Below, piece by piece: positions 25,315-36,815 of a DNA stretch of 64,000 bases. The DNA is taken from contig CBFDEM010000012.1 in NCBI GenBank assembly GCA_965603825.1, forward strand, positions 310,001-374,000, in the 5' to 3' direction. Source of the DNA: Blepharisma stoltei ATCC 30299 (lineage: Eukaryota > Protista > Ciliophora). Made by a program: the position numbers and the translations under genes. The stretch's first letter is position 1; every line of letters begins with the position of its first letter. The notes beneath the pieces are model-generated. The model searched no databases, was not told where the DNA came from, and saw only the letters and a program-made list of their open reading frames with translations.

Positions 25315-26151
25315 CTAAAGAAGTGTGCACTTTTTATACCATGGCTCTTTTTTTGAGGGGCGGTCAACAATTCTTCTGGATCTGAGCTCCTTGACAATTG
25401 AGGCAAAAACTTCGTCAATTCCTGCAGAGGTGGCAGCAGATACTTCTATATGTCTGACTCCCAAGTTTTCAGCGAACTTCCTGCCTTCCTCTGCACTGAT
25501 GTTTCTGGTAGGTAAATCAACCTTATTGGCAGCCATTACAATGACTGGGCCTTTGTTGCCCTGATGTGAATACCGATGGAGGATTTTTTCATGGAAGTAT
25601 TTGAGTCTGTTGAGTGAATCAGGGACATCAACTGAGTAGACTAGGACAAAACCATCTTTTTTGTCGATCCAGTCATCTATAAGCGGATAATAATCCTCCA
25701 TACCTGCGGTGTCTAAAATTGAAATCACTGTAGGTTCTCCTTCAATTTGAGTTGTCTTAGTGTAATAATTTTCTATCGTGGGATCATAGTCTCTCACAAA
25801 CTTATTTGATACATATCTCATGGTGACAGCTGATTTCCCCACAGCAGCTGCTCCCAGCATTGCGATCACATATTTTTTGCTTTGTTTTGCTTGATTACTT
25901 TCGCTTATGGCCACTTGAAAATTTTCCCCTTGAGAAATATAGAGATGGGCACCATCTGAGAGGTTTCCAAAAGAGTTAAGCAAAACACCAGCCTCATTAA
26001 AAATCTTTTTGGCTCGAATTCCAAGCTTTTCAGAGCACAAGTTCAATAATTCTTCTTTTTCCATTCTGGGGTCGATCAAAATTTGTTCGCTAATCGTTGG
26101 GTGGTGCTCGTTCTTAAACAAGGCCACGCGAATTCTGGCTTGATCTACCAT
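25315..26151 (-). CDS. Ras-family GTPase with N-terminal doublecortin/ubiquitin-like domain
   Basis: GAAAVGKS, YDPTIE, DTAG, NKVD, SA, CAAX box CTLL; N-terminal ~75 aa ending LYISQGENF is DCX/KHA-like. Confidence 0.88.
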   Translation of the reverse strand: MVDQARIRVALFKNEHHPTISEQILIDPRMEKEELLNLCSEKLGIRAKKIFNEAGVLLNSFGNLSDGAHLYISQGENFQVAISESNQAKQSKKYVIAMLGAAAVGKSAVTMRYVSNKFVRDYDPTIENYYTKTTQIEGEPTVISILDTAGMEDYYPLIDDWIDKKDGFVLVYSVDVPDSLNRLKYFHEKILHRYSHQGNKGPVIVMAANKVDLPTRNISAEEGRKFAENLGVRHIEVSAATSAGIDEVFASIVKELRSRRIVDRPSKKEPWYKKCTLL

Positions 26152-26354
26152 TTTAATTATTGGAAATCTAGATTGGTATTATTCAGAAACTGAAATTTCT
26201 TTGCCTTTAGAGCATGAATTTTTTTAAAACCAGAAAACGGTTAATAATCAAGATTTAGTTTGAGTCTTATAAATATACCGAAAAGGTTATAACCAGATAT
26301 AGCAGTCAAATTTCTGATAGAACTATTTGTTTAAAGGGCAGTTTAAAATGTTTA

Positions 26355-27107
26355 TTAGCCTTCGTCTTTGCTCTCTTCTGAGTGCATTTCAAGCTCCATT
26401 GAATATTTAGCACTGCTATTCCATTTGTGCCGGCCTTCGTATCTTTGAGACATTAAGTCCGGAATGGGCGTTTCTTCTTCTGTTTGTTTGGATTGGTAAT
26501 ATATTAATATAAAATAGAGAGTTATTGACAATCCGTATATTATACATAAGGAGATAGCTATTGCTGGGCCATCGGTACAGCAGAGGTCAGGAGGGTTATC
26601 GCCTTTGACATCTTTTTCGCAATCTGCTCCAAAGCTTGAGTGCGCAACTGTATTTCATAAAATCAGTCCAATTATGTGACTTCCTAGCCCAAATATTGGG
26701 AAAATAACTTGCAGTCACGCCTTTATTGTCTTATTCCCGAATAAAATAAAAAGCAAAACAATTAGCCAAGTGCACGTAAATAAAATTGTGCATATTTCCA
26801 AAATAATAAAAGAAAGCCCAGCGTCCCTTAAATGCTCAAAAGTATAGCACATGGCTTTATCTAAATCGTCATCCTTGTCACACAGATTTTCAGCAAGAGT
26901 CGCATAAGTTTTCCCTTTTCATTCCGCTGGGCCACTCGTACAGCTTGAAATTCCTCCTTGCCATTTAGAACTGTCTCTGCCTTGTTTAACTCAATGGTCT
27001 GTAAAAACACTGCCAATGGATAATGAAATTAATAGTAGCTGAAAAGCAAGGAAAATGTATAATCATATCTGCTGACTGAGACAAAAGATCTTCACATCGT
27101 ATTTCAT
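26355..27107 (-). CDS. Four-TM claudin/PMP22-like membrane protein, 250 aa (absent from ORF track)
   Basis: ATG 27107 to TAA 26355 with five TGA=W (27063, 26991, 26919, 26715, 26655); four hydrophobic segments; first loop TDHW...WQGGISSC...C...C. Confidence 0.8.
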
Positions 27108-27151
27108 TATTAAATTAACAAATGAATTAAAAAAGCCTATTTTAAAATTAG

Positions 27152-27325
27152 CTACTTCACTCTTGTTATTTGTGAACTCATTGCAGCGTTGACTCCTTTG
27201 TAAATATATTGGTCGTCGTGATTGGGATCTGCCTTTGGGCTAGGTTTTGGCAATAGTTTATCAGTAACTACATAGCCCCCAACAAACGCGAGCATGAGTC
27301 CAATTGCATTGAAGAACTTTGACAT
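27152..27325 (-). CDS. Small single-TM protein, 57 aa
   Basis: MSKFFNAIGLMLAFVGGYVV...; ATG in AAAAATG context; fills the gap between neighbouring genes. Confidence 0.55.
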   Translation of the reverse strand: MSKFFNAIGLMLAFVGGYVVTDKLLPKPSPKADPNHDDQYIYKGVNAAMSSQITRVK

Positions 27326-27413
27326 TTTTATAATAACCTGCAGTATCTCGCTCAATATTCTTATTATTTAGATGACGTGAATTTTTCATTTCTTTCGCTT
27401 TAATATAAGAAAT

Positions 27414-30024
27414 ATGAGTAAAACTATTGCCTCAACTAAAATAATTCAAAGCAAACTCCGCGATTCTGAGACTGTTCTTCATGTAAGCTTTATTTCAGGT
27501 CGAACCCATTTCTCTCTTTCACAAAAATAAATTCAGGGATTTCTTCCTCTCTATAATAGGAAATAAAACCAGCCAATGTGAATATGCGTAAGACACATAC
27601 AGACTTTTCTTGTTCCGGCCACGAAATATGTATCCTTTGAACAATAAACTGGACTTGATTCAAGCTTTCCCTTTGACGAAAGAGTTGAAATTATTTCATA
27701 CTTCGACAGGCTATACAATTCAATGGCTGAATTATCTGGAAACTGAGTGGAAAATCAAAGTGATCAGCAACGACTTCATCAATTTGATAGGAAATTACTT
27801 AGAAGAAGCCATAAAATACCAGCGAGACCCTTTTAATTCGAATGCGACATCTTATAAATGGCTCTGGTTTTATGAAGAAATGATCCCTGCTCAGGTGAAA
27901 ATGATCAACGCTGAAGAAGAGGAAGCTGCTGCCAAAAGGAGCTCACTGCTGCATCCGGAAGACTACGGAAAAGAGGCAATGGACTTTTACATCAACGAAC
28001 AATTGAGGAAAAGAGAAAGCGAATTTACAGAAAAGAGAAATATCAGGATCATGGTGGGGACTTGAAATACTGCAGGTACTCAGCCTCAAGAAGAGCTGTC
28101 TTTATGGTATAAGTGCCAGAGTGAAAAATATGACTCTCCAGAAGAAAGTCCTGATATTTTATTAATTTGTTTACAAGAAATGTGTGAGCTCACTGCAAAA
28201 AACTTGCTGGGAGCAGAAGCCAGGATGCGAGAGTGAACAAATCACTTATGTGAACAAGTCAATTTGTCATTTCCTGGAAATGATTACGTAGTTGTAAAGT
28301 CTAATTAGGCTGGTTACCAAAGTTTAGTAGGGCTGTTATCATTAATTATAGTGAAAAGCTCCTTGCAAGAATATTTGTCAAACATTAAAGACTCATGTGT
28401 GAAACTAGGCCTAAAAGGCTACACAGGCAACAAAGGAGCTATCTGCCAACGATTTTCATTTTTTGACTCCACCATTTGTGTGATAAATTGCCATTTGGCT
28501 GCTCACAAGCACCAAACAAGGCTGCGAAACCACCATGTGAAGTCAATATTAAAATATGCGAAATTCACATTAGATGATAAAGAAATCAAAGGGATATATG
28601 AGCATGATTACATTTTTTGGACTGGAGACCTGAATTATCGACTAAATAAGCTGAACACTGATGAAATCTTGTCCAGACTTAATAGTCAGCAGTATGATGA
28701 GCTACTACGTTACGACCAATTTGACATTGAAAAAAAGACAAATCAGATTTTAGCTGATTTTTCAGAAGGAAAAATTGACTTTCCCCCAAGTTTCAAATAT
28801 TATATTGGATCAAATAAATTTGATACTAATAATAAAAGAGACCCTTCCTGATGTGACAGAGTTCTTTGAAAAGGTGAAGCTCAATTAATCAGATATGGAA
28901 TTTGTTCATATGTAATCCAAAGCGATCACAAGCCAGTATTTGCAAGCTTTCTTATCCGTGTAAAGCAAGCTGATTCAGAGCTGAAAGAAAAAGTTCGAAA
29001 CGAAATTTATAAAATTATAGATGAAGTCCAATATGAAGCTCTCCCCAAACTGACCTTATCAACTATAAGCATGGAATTCCCAGGAGTCAAATACAAAGTC
29101 CCGCAGTCCCAGAAGCTAAGTATTGAAAACACTGGAAATTCATTCGCAATTTTTGAAATCAAAGAATATGCTGAATTAACAAAAAATAAATCATATTTAA
29201 GCATTTCTCCAACAACTGGATCTTTATCGCCAGGAGAGTCTACAGAATTGATCATTACTGTAGATTTCGGAAAGCACCAGTCAAGATTGGCGAATAAAGA
29301 CGACGATTACTTATCATTAATTTTTATACTTGGAGTCATAGGCGGCTCTGACTATTATGTAAGCTTTATATAGATTGAGGTATCGATAGACTATAAAGGT
29401 TCCTGCTTTGGTGCAAAAATTCAGGATTTAGTCAAAATTTCTTACCCAGTAGCCTCGCTTCCCAATCGTATGGAATGGGTTGCTTCTCAATTAGAACCAA
29501 TTGTTGAAGTCCCAAAAGAGCTTCTGAGAATGATAAATTTCATTAAAAATTTTGGGTCAAGGGAAAAAGGATTATTTCAAGAGACTGGGATTTTGGAAAT
29601 AAAAGCACACATCAGAGATGTATTGGACAATGGCGAGCCTTTTAGGGAAGACGTTGATGTTTTTTCAATGAGCATTGTGATGCTCGAATTTCTGGAGTCC
29701 TTGGATGAACCACTTTTGCCCTCAGATTTGATAGATGGCTGTGTCAAAGTTTTCCAATCGTCGTCCTTTGCTTCTGCAAGGGCAAATCTATTACAGAATT
29801 TAGATCCAGTGGCAGAGTGCTGCTTTTTGGCAATTATTCATTTTTTGAGGCATCTGATTGATAACGGTCTTCATAATGGGTTGACGGCAAATTTCTTGGC
29901 AAAAGTGTTCACTGAGCCACTTACACACAAAGGAGAAATAGAAATAAAAGGAATTCGAAGGAATGAGGAAGACAGTTTGGAATCTGAAAGAAAACATCTG
30001 ATTTCTATGTTTTTTTATTCATAG
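27414..30024 (+). CDS. OCRL: OCRL/INPP5B-like inositol polyphosphate 5-phosphatase (5-phosphatase, ASH, RhoGAP-like), four introns
   Basis: GT-W(TGA)-N, LQEM, GNKG, NCHL, WTGDLNYR, PS-W(TGA)-CDRVL-W(TGA), SDHKPV, SCFG; RhoGAP-like GLFQ with Gln in place of the catalytic Arg. Confidence 0.92.
27483..27498 (+). other. 16-nt intron GTAAGCTTTATTTCAG
   Basis: Needed to link ATG 27414 to the downstream frame. Confidence 0.8.
27588..27602 (+). other. 15-nt intron GTAAGACACATACAG
   Basis: Removes an in-frame TAA. Confidence 0.85.
28294..28308 (+). other. 15-nt intron GTAAAGTCTAATTAG
   Basis: Removes an in-frame TAG inside the 5-phosphatase domain. Confidence 0.9.
29359..29373 (+). other. 15-nt intron GTAAGCTTTATATAG
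   Basis: Removes an in-frame TAG and joins GGSDYY to IEVS...SCFG. Confidence 0.9.
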
Positions 30025-30196
30025 TTATGCAGAATAAATTAATTAATATTCATAATTTCATAAAAACCCTGTAATTTCTGAAGGCAAATCTTGCCTAAAG
30101 GATCTATTTTCAATCTCTAAGCTAATTATTTTGCATAAACTATTGCCAATAAGATCGTTTTTTGATATTCTTTCATTGTTTACAAAAAATACAGTA

Positions 30197-31459
30197 ATGG
30201 ATCTTCCTGATGATGACATTTCTATGTAATCCTTATTCAGCTGTGATGAGCCCACAGTTTCTCAGAAAACAACTTCAATAGACAAATACCATTCGAATTT
30301 AATTTGCTCGAAAGGCATTTTTTCCGAACCGCAAGCTTTGAATGATGAAGACATAAACCCTTGGATTCCACCAATACCAATTACTCTTGATCCAAGCCAG
30401 CAGTACGAATCCTCTAATACATGACTAAAGCAGTACAATTCAGGTCCTATAAAAGCTTTAGATAAACTAATAACCGATATCAAACAAAGATCACTCAAGG
30501 GCGAAAATCCAAATAAAAAGCAATCTAATTTAGGGGATTTTGACGAATTTTTCCAAAGGATGAACAATGATTTAGAGCGCAGGAATAAAGCCCGGGAAAA
30601 AATAATCGAAATTACAAAAAACATAAAAGAAAAAGAAATTCAAAAACACCAAAATACAAAGAAAATTCCCAAAGCACAGAAAGAAGAAACTTTTAACAGG
30701 CTGATTAGAGATGCCATAGGCAGGCAGCAAACCATTGAAATGCGGCAAAAAATAAAAGAGCTTTTGCAGGAGCAGGAATCAAAAGAGCTAAGAGCAAACA
30801 GGCTGTCAAAGGATCAAGAAGAAAAACTTGTGGACAGGCTCCAACAGTTTTGGCTCAGAAAATGAGAAAAAATCGAAGCGAAAAAGAAAGAAAAAGAACT
30901 GATCGAAGACGAAGAAGTCGCGAAATTCAAAGAACAGTTTTCTAATAAGAAATCTGATAACGAAGTATTTGTAAGATTAACTGAGAAAAAAATAATTCCA
31001 ATCGAAGAAAAAAGAGAAAAAATATATTTTTCTGTTAATGATGCAATAGCATCAGGAAAAAGGCTGATGAACTCTGGAAATAAGCATATAAAAAAGAACT
31101 CAGAATTTCAAGAAAAAAATTCATCTATTGTTCCAAGAGTAAAATCTCCAAGAAATTTGCAGAATACAAGTTCAGGGTGAGATACTTTTTCTTTATCGCA
31201 ATCTAAATTTTCTAAGTAAGCTTTATACAGTACAAGTGTGAGTGAAAAGAATTTTAAGTCAAATAAAAGCCTTAAAACCGAACCTACTAAGCTTAATTTA
31301 AAGGCAGGTGAAAAAGAAATTTCAGTTAAATCGCCAATGTTTAGCACTCAAACCTATTTTCCACCTAAGAAAAAGGTGTCATTTGAGCCTGTTTTGATTT
31401 CCAAGCGTGGCCATATTCCAAGTGCTACTGAAACCTATAAATCCTTAGGTGGAATTTAA
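30197..31459 (+). CDS. Hypothetical Lys/Glu-rich coiled-coil protein, two introns
   Basis: ATG 30197, introns 30226-30240 and 31216-31230, several TGA=W, TAA 31459. Confidence 0.75.
30226..30240 (+). other. 15-nt intron GTAATCCTTATTCAG
   Basis: Removes an in-frame TAA; consensus A10. Confidence 0.8.
31216..31230 (+). other. 15-nt intron GTAAGCTTTATACAG
   Basis: Removes an in-frame TAA; consensus A10. Confidence 0.82.
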
Positions 31460-31501
31460 AAATAATGGTATATTGTTCATATTTATTAAAATATTCACTA
31501 A

Positions 31502-32281
31502 ATGGGTCTTTCTGGCAGTAAATCACGGATAAAACCTCCCAAGCCCGGCCAGCGTCTTGCCAACACAGGAATTGAAGACTTTGACAGTGTTTTCACTAAG
31601 TGTGAGCCATTACTCAAGCAAGTCCATGAAATCAAAGTTGAGCTCGATTTACGAACAACAGAATTCATTGAATCACTTGGAGCCCAAAGCCAATGAGAAG
31701 AGCAGCACAGTTTTGAAGAGTTAGTAAGGCTTATGCTTATCGTTTTTTCCACTATGGCCAGAGGTGATTTAGAATCTCTTAGCCTTACCTACTCAGAAGA
31801 AACTTCCCCTTACATAGATTTAAACCCCAAGCTTCTAAACTCAAGTTCAAGAAAAATGATGAAAACCTATCGCGAATTAATTAAATTCATTGAAAGTCTT
31901 CGAGAAAAACTTGCTTTGCTTGATGATCAACTGTCAGAACTAGCTAATAAATCCCAAGATTTCCCTCATAAAGTAGCTAGTCTGGTTGATGAATTTTGCA
32001 TGGTTGATAAAATCGCTGCAATTAAAAACACAAATAAAAATTGCAAAGAACTGGAGCAGGCTCCTGCTTATTTGAAAGAAATGATAAGGATTTCTAATGA
32101 AATCAGGCCAGATATCATAAAAGCTTGCAAGAAAGCTGCAGAAGATCACTTTTTTGCAGACCATTTAATCATCTGCGGACTGCAGGCGAGAAATGAAGGC
32201 TTGCGGCATCCAAGTGATATAATCAATCGATATGGTGCTTCTCGGCACACTACTACTGTAAAAAAATCAATGACAAGCTAG
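31502..32281 (+). CDS. Hypothetical alpha-helical protein, possible N-myristoylation (MGLSGS)
   Basis: Two ORFs join through TGA 31694. Confidence 0.75.
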
Positions 32282-32441
32282 GGTCCATTTATCAGTCAAT
32301 AATTGTTACGCAATTATTTTTACAATAAATTTAATTATTCTATAAAAACCTATTTCATAATATCTTATCATTCACTTCTTTTTAACTTAATTTCTTTATA
32401 AAGATATCCAATAGTCTTATTAATTCTAATCGTTTAACTTA

Positions 32442-33554
32442 TTAAGCTGCTGGCGCAAAGCCGACTCTTGAGTTGCCATAATCAAAGAGTGTATAATAAG
32501 CTCTGATAAAGACGTCCCCAAGGATGAAATCATGCTCCATTTGAGCTCCGAAGTCAGCTCCTTCAAGTCCTCCTTCGCAGTCAGTTATATTTTGATTTAG
32601 AGATGTTAAGTTCAAAACATATTGATAAGGAGTCAAAGGATAGTCTTTGCCACCAAGGGTGAAGGTGATGTTAGGGAGGGTGTTAAGATTTGAACAGTCA
32701 GTGTTGATGATCCCAATCTTGACTCTCATATAATCCATAATTTTGCTTCTGGTAACTAATAGAGATGTACCAGTATCAACAATACCTTTCAGGCCGGAAA
32801 ATGGAATTTTTTCAGTTCCAATTGAAACTTTATCGATGTTTATTAACCAATAGGTTTGGTTGCTGAGGGAGACATATGAGAATGCTGATTTTCCGAGGCT
32901 GCTGATTGATCCACCTAATATAAGTTGGCTGCCAGGGGCATTAACAACTTTGCTGAGATAAACAGAGAACTGGTTAGCAGGAATCAGCCCTGTTTGGTAC
33001 AAGGAATAGAAAGTAGGAGGAATGTTGTTCACTGCAATTGAAGGCCAGGCCATGCCAAGGATTCCGTCGAATTTTCCTGTGATGAAGGCAACTCCTTGTA
33101 AGTCGGTAACTTCGCCAAAAAGTACTTTAGGAATAGTAAAGTTTCCCCAAGTGACTGTATCTTGACTTGTGAATCCTTCCACAGATCCAGAGCCATAAGA
33201 TATGCTGAAGGATGTGCCATTTTTCACATAAGTGCTGGAAGCAGATGACTTATAAGTATCATGGGTGAAGCAAGCCAAGGTTTGGCAGCTATAGGAAGGC
33301 ACCCACAAATTGGAAGACCCAGTGTCAAAAATAACCTTGAATTGTTGGGCTGGAGTCCCAATTCCAATTGTTCCATAGTATTCAGCATCTTGGTAGTTAA
33401 CGATTGGGACATTGCCTGTTGATGCTCCAAATCTGGTGTATTTCCTTGGAGTCTTGTAGTAAGCATGCAACTCTTGGTTGGTTTTGAGAGGATGCAGAGG
33501 GACTTGGATGATCGCAAATGCAATTCCTAGAAGGAATAATAATTTCACCACCAT
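32442..33554 (-). CDS. Cathepsin D/pepsin-family (A1) aspartic protease
   Basis: Signal peptide; FDTGSSNLW, YGSG flap, VDTGTS, ILGDVF. Confidence 0.95.
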   Translation of the reverse strand: MVVKLLFLLGIAFAIIQVPLHPLKTNQELHAYYKTPRKYTRFGASTGNVPIVNYQDAEYYGTIGIGTPAQQFKVIFDTGSSNLWVPSYSCQTLACFTHDTYKSSASSTYVKNGTSFSISYGSGSVEGFTSQDTVTWGNFTIPKVLFGEVTDLQGVAFITGKFDGILGMAWPSIAVNNIPPTFYSLYQTGLIPANQFSVYLSKVVNAPGSQLILGGSISSLGKSAFSYVSLSNQTYWLINIDKVSIGTEKIPFSGLKGIVDTGTSLLVTRSKIMDYMRVKIGIINTDCSNLNTLPNITFTLGGKDYPLTPYQYVLNLTSLNQNITDCEGGLEGADFGAQMEHDFILGDVFIRAYYTLFDYGNSRVGFAPAA

Positions 33555-33854
33555 TATAAAATTATAACTAAAATTTCCACTAGCTAATTTTTATCAAGTT
33601 TTCTCAGAGTGAATGAGAGTTTCTTAATAAAGCAAAATTTATTGCAATCCTTAATGTAAGAGTGGGCATTAAGGGAGATAGAAAATAAAATAAAAGGGAA
33701 GCTATTAATAAGATGGAAATTTCTTGATTTTCGTATTTTATTTGTAATATGCACTGATACTTATCAGTTCAAAGTTATATTTTTTGTTGATAGATTTTTA
33801 AACGCTTTTACCATTTTGATTTCTTTTTCTTCTCATAAAATCTCCTAAATATCC

Positions 33855-34637
33855 ATGTTAAGAGGGGTAAAAGCTCAGTACTTCGAAGAACAAGCTGTCG
33901 GCAAGCATATAAAATCTTCCAAAAAGCGCTACACTTGAAAATTCACTCTCGAAGGCCAGGAAGTGACAGTTGATCTATTTGCAAGCAAATACTCAGGCAA
34001 GAGGACAATAAAAGTGGACGGTGACATAAAATTTGATGGGAAAAAATCAGGGTCACTGTTTAGCTTTCCCTTTCATATTGGTAGCCACTTGGTCATCGTG
34101 ATGGAAGTAGACAAAGCTTATGATTTGAAAATAGACAGCATTTCGTTTCTGACTCTATACCGAGAATCTACATCCTTGAGCATGAAAAACTATGAATCCT
34201 GAGAAGCTGAAGACATAAGTCCTTCGCCAAGCAACGCTTATCGTGACCGCAGTGAAACATGGGCTGGAGGATATGCACCTCCTGTACGCCAGACCTCAAT
34301 TGAAGAACTGCATATTGAAGACTGGGAAAAATACGCAAAACCTTATAAAATTTCTCAGAGAGAAATTTACCAGACAGCTATGAGAGAAAAACTCCCTATC
34401 AAGCCTCACCCAAAGAATGATTTAGTTATGAGAGACTCGATGAAAAACCCATTTGAGTTTGCTGAAGATATAGACTCCAGATATGTTTTCAGGCCAAAAG
34501 CAGACTCAGAATCTTTTGTAAATGGGCCGAAAGACTTGGCTGATGAGTCTAATCATAATGATAGACAAAGTTATAGAGCTTCTGAATTTAATACGTATAA
34601 TCCTGGACGCAGAGCAGCTGGCTCTTATATGCTTTAA
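33855..34637 (+). CDS. Protein with an N-terminal FAIM1-like beta domain
   Basis: ATG 33855; TGA 33936 and 34200 read through; W-KFTLEGQEVTVDLFASKYSGKRTIKVDG resembles the FAIM1 motif. Confidence 0.65.
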
Positions 34638-34807
34638 TATAAATATGCTTATGATAATACTTTTCTTAATAAAGAAAATACTGCAATTTGTGAATAGTAT
34701 TTATAAAGCTTTTTTATAAATCTATGAAATATATATAATTAGAATTTTTTGCTAATTAATATTAGACTGCATAATTAAAGACTTATTATGTAACGATTTC
34801 TAATATT

Positions 34808-36187
34808 ATGTCTAGCATATGCTCTTTTGAAGATAATAGGGTTTCTTTATATCTTGACGAAACCCCTACTTTAGGTCCTCAGCAAACTACTGAAAATAAA
34901 CAAGAAACTAAATATGCGACCTTTCAAGAACTATCATCAAAACGTCAGCAACTTGACAATTTCTCAGAGCCCAGAGCTCGCCTTCATGAACAATTTGAAA
35001 AACAACTAACTGCAGCTGAATTTTTTGAAAAACCTGACATTGTCCCATGTCCTTGAATAGAATTTAAATTTGACGAAATTGAAATTCAAGAATCTCCAAG
35101 CAGCTGCAATACATCAAAAACGCCTGAATCTGAAGCAAAAATAGAAATCCAGCAAATGTCCAGTTCTAAGCAGCATGAAATAGTTAAAAATTTAGAAAAA
35201 GAAATTGATGAGTTAAAAAGAGAAATCAGAAAGCTGAGGGATGAAAACCATGAAAATGAAAAATTGAAAACAAGACTAGGAAGAATTGGAGACTTGGAAA
35301 GGGAAAATGATGAATTGCATATATTGTTGAAAGCCCAAGGAGAAAAATTAAAGGAAAGCTTGGGAAGTGAAAGAGAATATGCAGAAATGGTGAAGGAAAT
35401 TGATAAGGAAGTCAATAGGATTAAGAATGAATTGGAAGCTAGTGAGGCGCAAAAATGGGAAATAAGAAAGCAGTTTGACTTGCTAAGCAAAGCTTATCAG
35501 GATATGAAAAATGACTATAGCAATGAAATGCAAATTCTTAATGAAAAAACAATTGCTCAGACAAGTGCATTTCAAGATATCGATTGCAAACTAAGAGTAA
35601 GTGAGCTTAAAGAAGTAGAAAATCAAAATTTAATTGATCTAGCTAACAAAAGAATTTCAGAACTGCAAGAAGCAATAAAAGATAAAGACAAGCAGCTACA
35701 GCTCCAGAGCAACTCATTAGATGAATACCGAAGTCAGCTTGAAGGCTTCGAGCCAGTGTCTCGCTATCAATCTCGCTTGGAAAACTGTCTCCGAGAGCTC
35801 GAACAAAAACTTGCCTTTAGTGAAGAGGCACGATTTGAGCAGATGAAATTATACAACGATCTTCAAAAAAAATTTTCAGCTCAAGAAACTGATAGGATCA
35901 ATCCCCGCAAAATACGTCAGCTTGAAGACTTGTTTATCAAGAACGGTGAAAAAATCGATGAACTATCAACAAAAATTTACCATACTTTAGACACAGCACT
36001 TACTGCAAGAACTGAGTGTGAGCCAAAATTCAAAAAAATAAAGCCTAAGAAGAAAAAAAGCCCATACTCAGAGCAATTCTTAAATAGACTTCATGCTGAT
36101 AGAAAAAACCCTTGTAACATCTGCATAAAAGAGCACGGTCATGAATGGGCGAGATCTCCAAAAAGCAAAATTAATATCATAAATTAA
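34808..36187 (+). CDS. Hypothetical long coiled-coil protein
   Basis: Two ORFs join through TGA 35054; heptad-rich; C-terminal CxxC...H. Confidence 0.8.
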
Positions 36188-36799
36188 ATGGAAAGCTTTC
36201 TAATTATTCATAATGTCGCAAAAAGACACAATATAGGCAGTATCCTTAGATCTTCTGCAGCCTTTAGCGTATCAGAAATTTGAATTGTAGGGCAACGAAA
36301 ACTTTCAACATTTGGAAATCAAGGGACAGCCAAAAGGCTGATTTATCGATATTTTGAGAATTTAACTAGCCTGAAAGAATATGCTGCAGGCTTAGGAATA
36401 GAAATTTGTGGAATTGAAATTATGGACTCGTCCAGAAATGTTTGGAATTCCCCATTCAATAAAAGCACCGCTTTTATATTGGGAAATGAAGGAACTGGAC
36501 TATCAGATATCGAAAAATCAATTTGTGATTACTTCATATATATTCCACAATACCGAAGCAACACAGAATCCTTAAACGTCTCCGTAGCAGCAGGAATTGT
36601 TTTAAGCCATTTCGCACGTAATTTTTATATAGATTTCGCTAATTTCGTTGAATCTTCTAGAGAAGGCGAGAAATATGAGCTAGATGACATAACAGGGCAG
36701 AAAGCAATGATGAAAAGAGCTGAAGAAATCAGAGAAGAGAGAAAACAAAATCGTGAAAAAGACGTAGAAGAGTCCTTAGGGGAACTTTATTCGGAATAA
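36188..36799 (+). CDS. SpoU/TrmH-family (SPOUT) RNA methyltransferase
   Basis: HNVAKRHNIGSILRS, GNEGTGLS, YIPQY, ESLNVSVA; TGA 36281 read as W; probable intron 36618-36632. Confidence 0.9.
36618..36632 (+). other. Probable 15-nt stop-less intron GTAATTTTTATATAG
   Basis: Perfect consensus match; splicing gives SHFAHFANF; unspliced frame also open. Confidence 0.7.
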
Positions 36800-36815
36800 T
36801 TACACGTATATAAAA

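Noticed and set aside
27483-31230. Three near-identical introns starting GTAAGCTTTAT as an introner-type mobile family
   Set aside because: With only about 8 free positions in an AT-rich consensus, similarity is expected, and no target-site duplications are evident.
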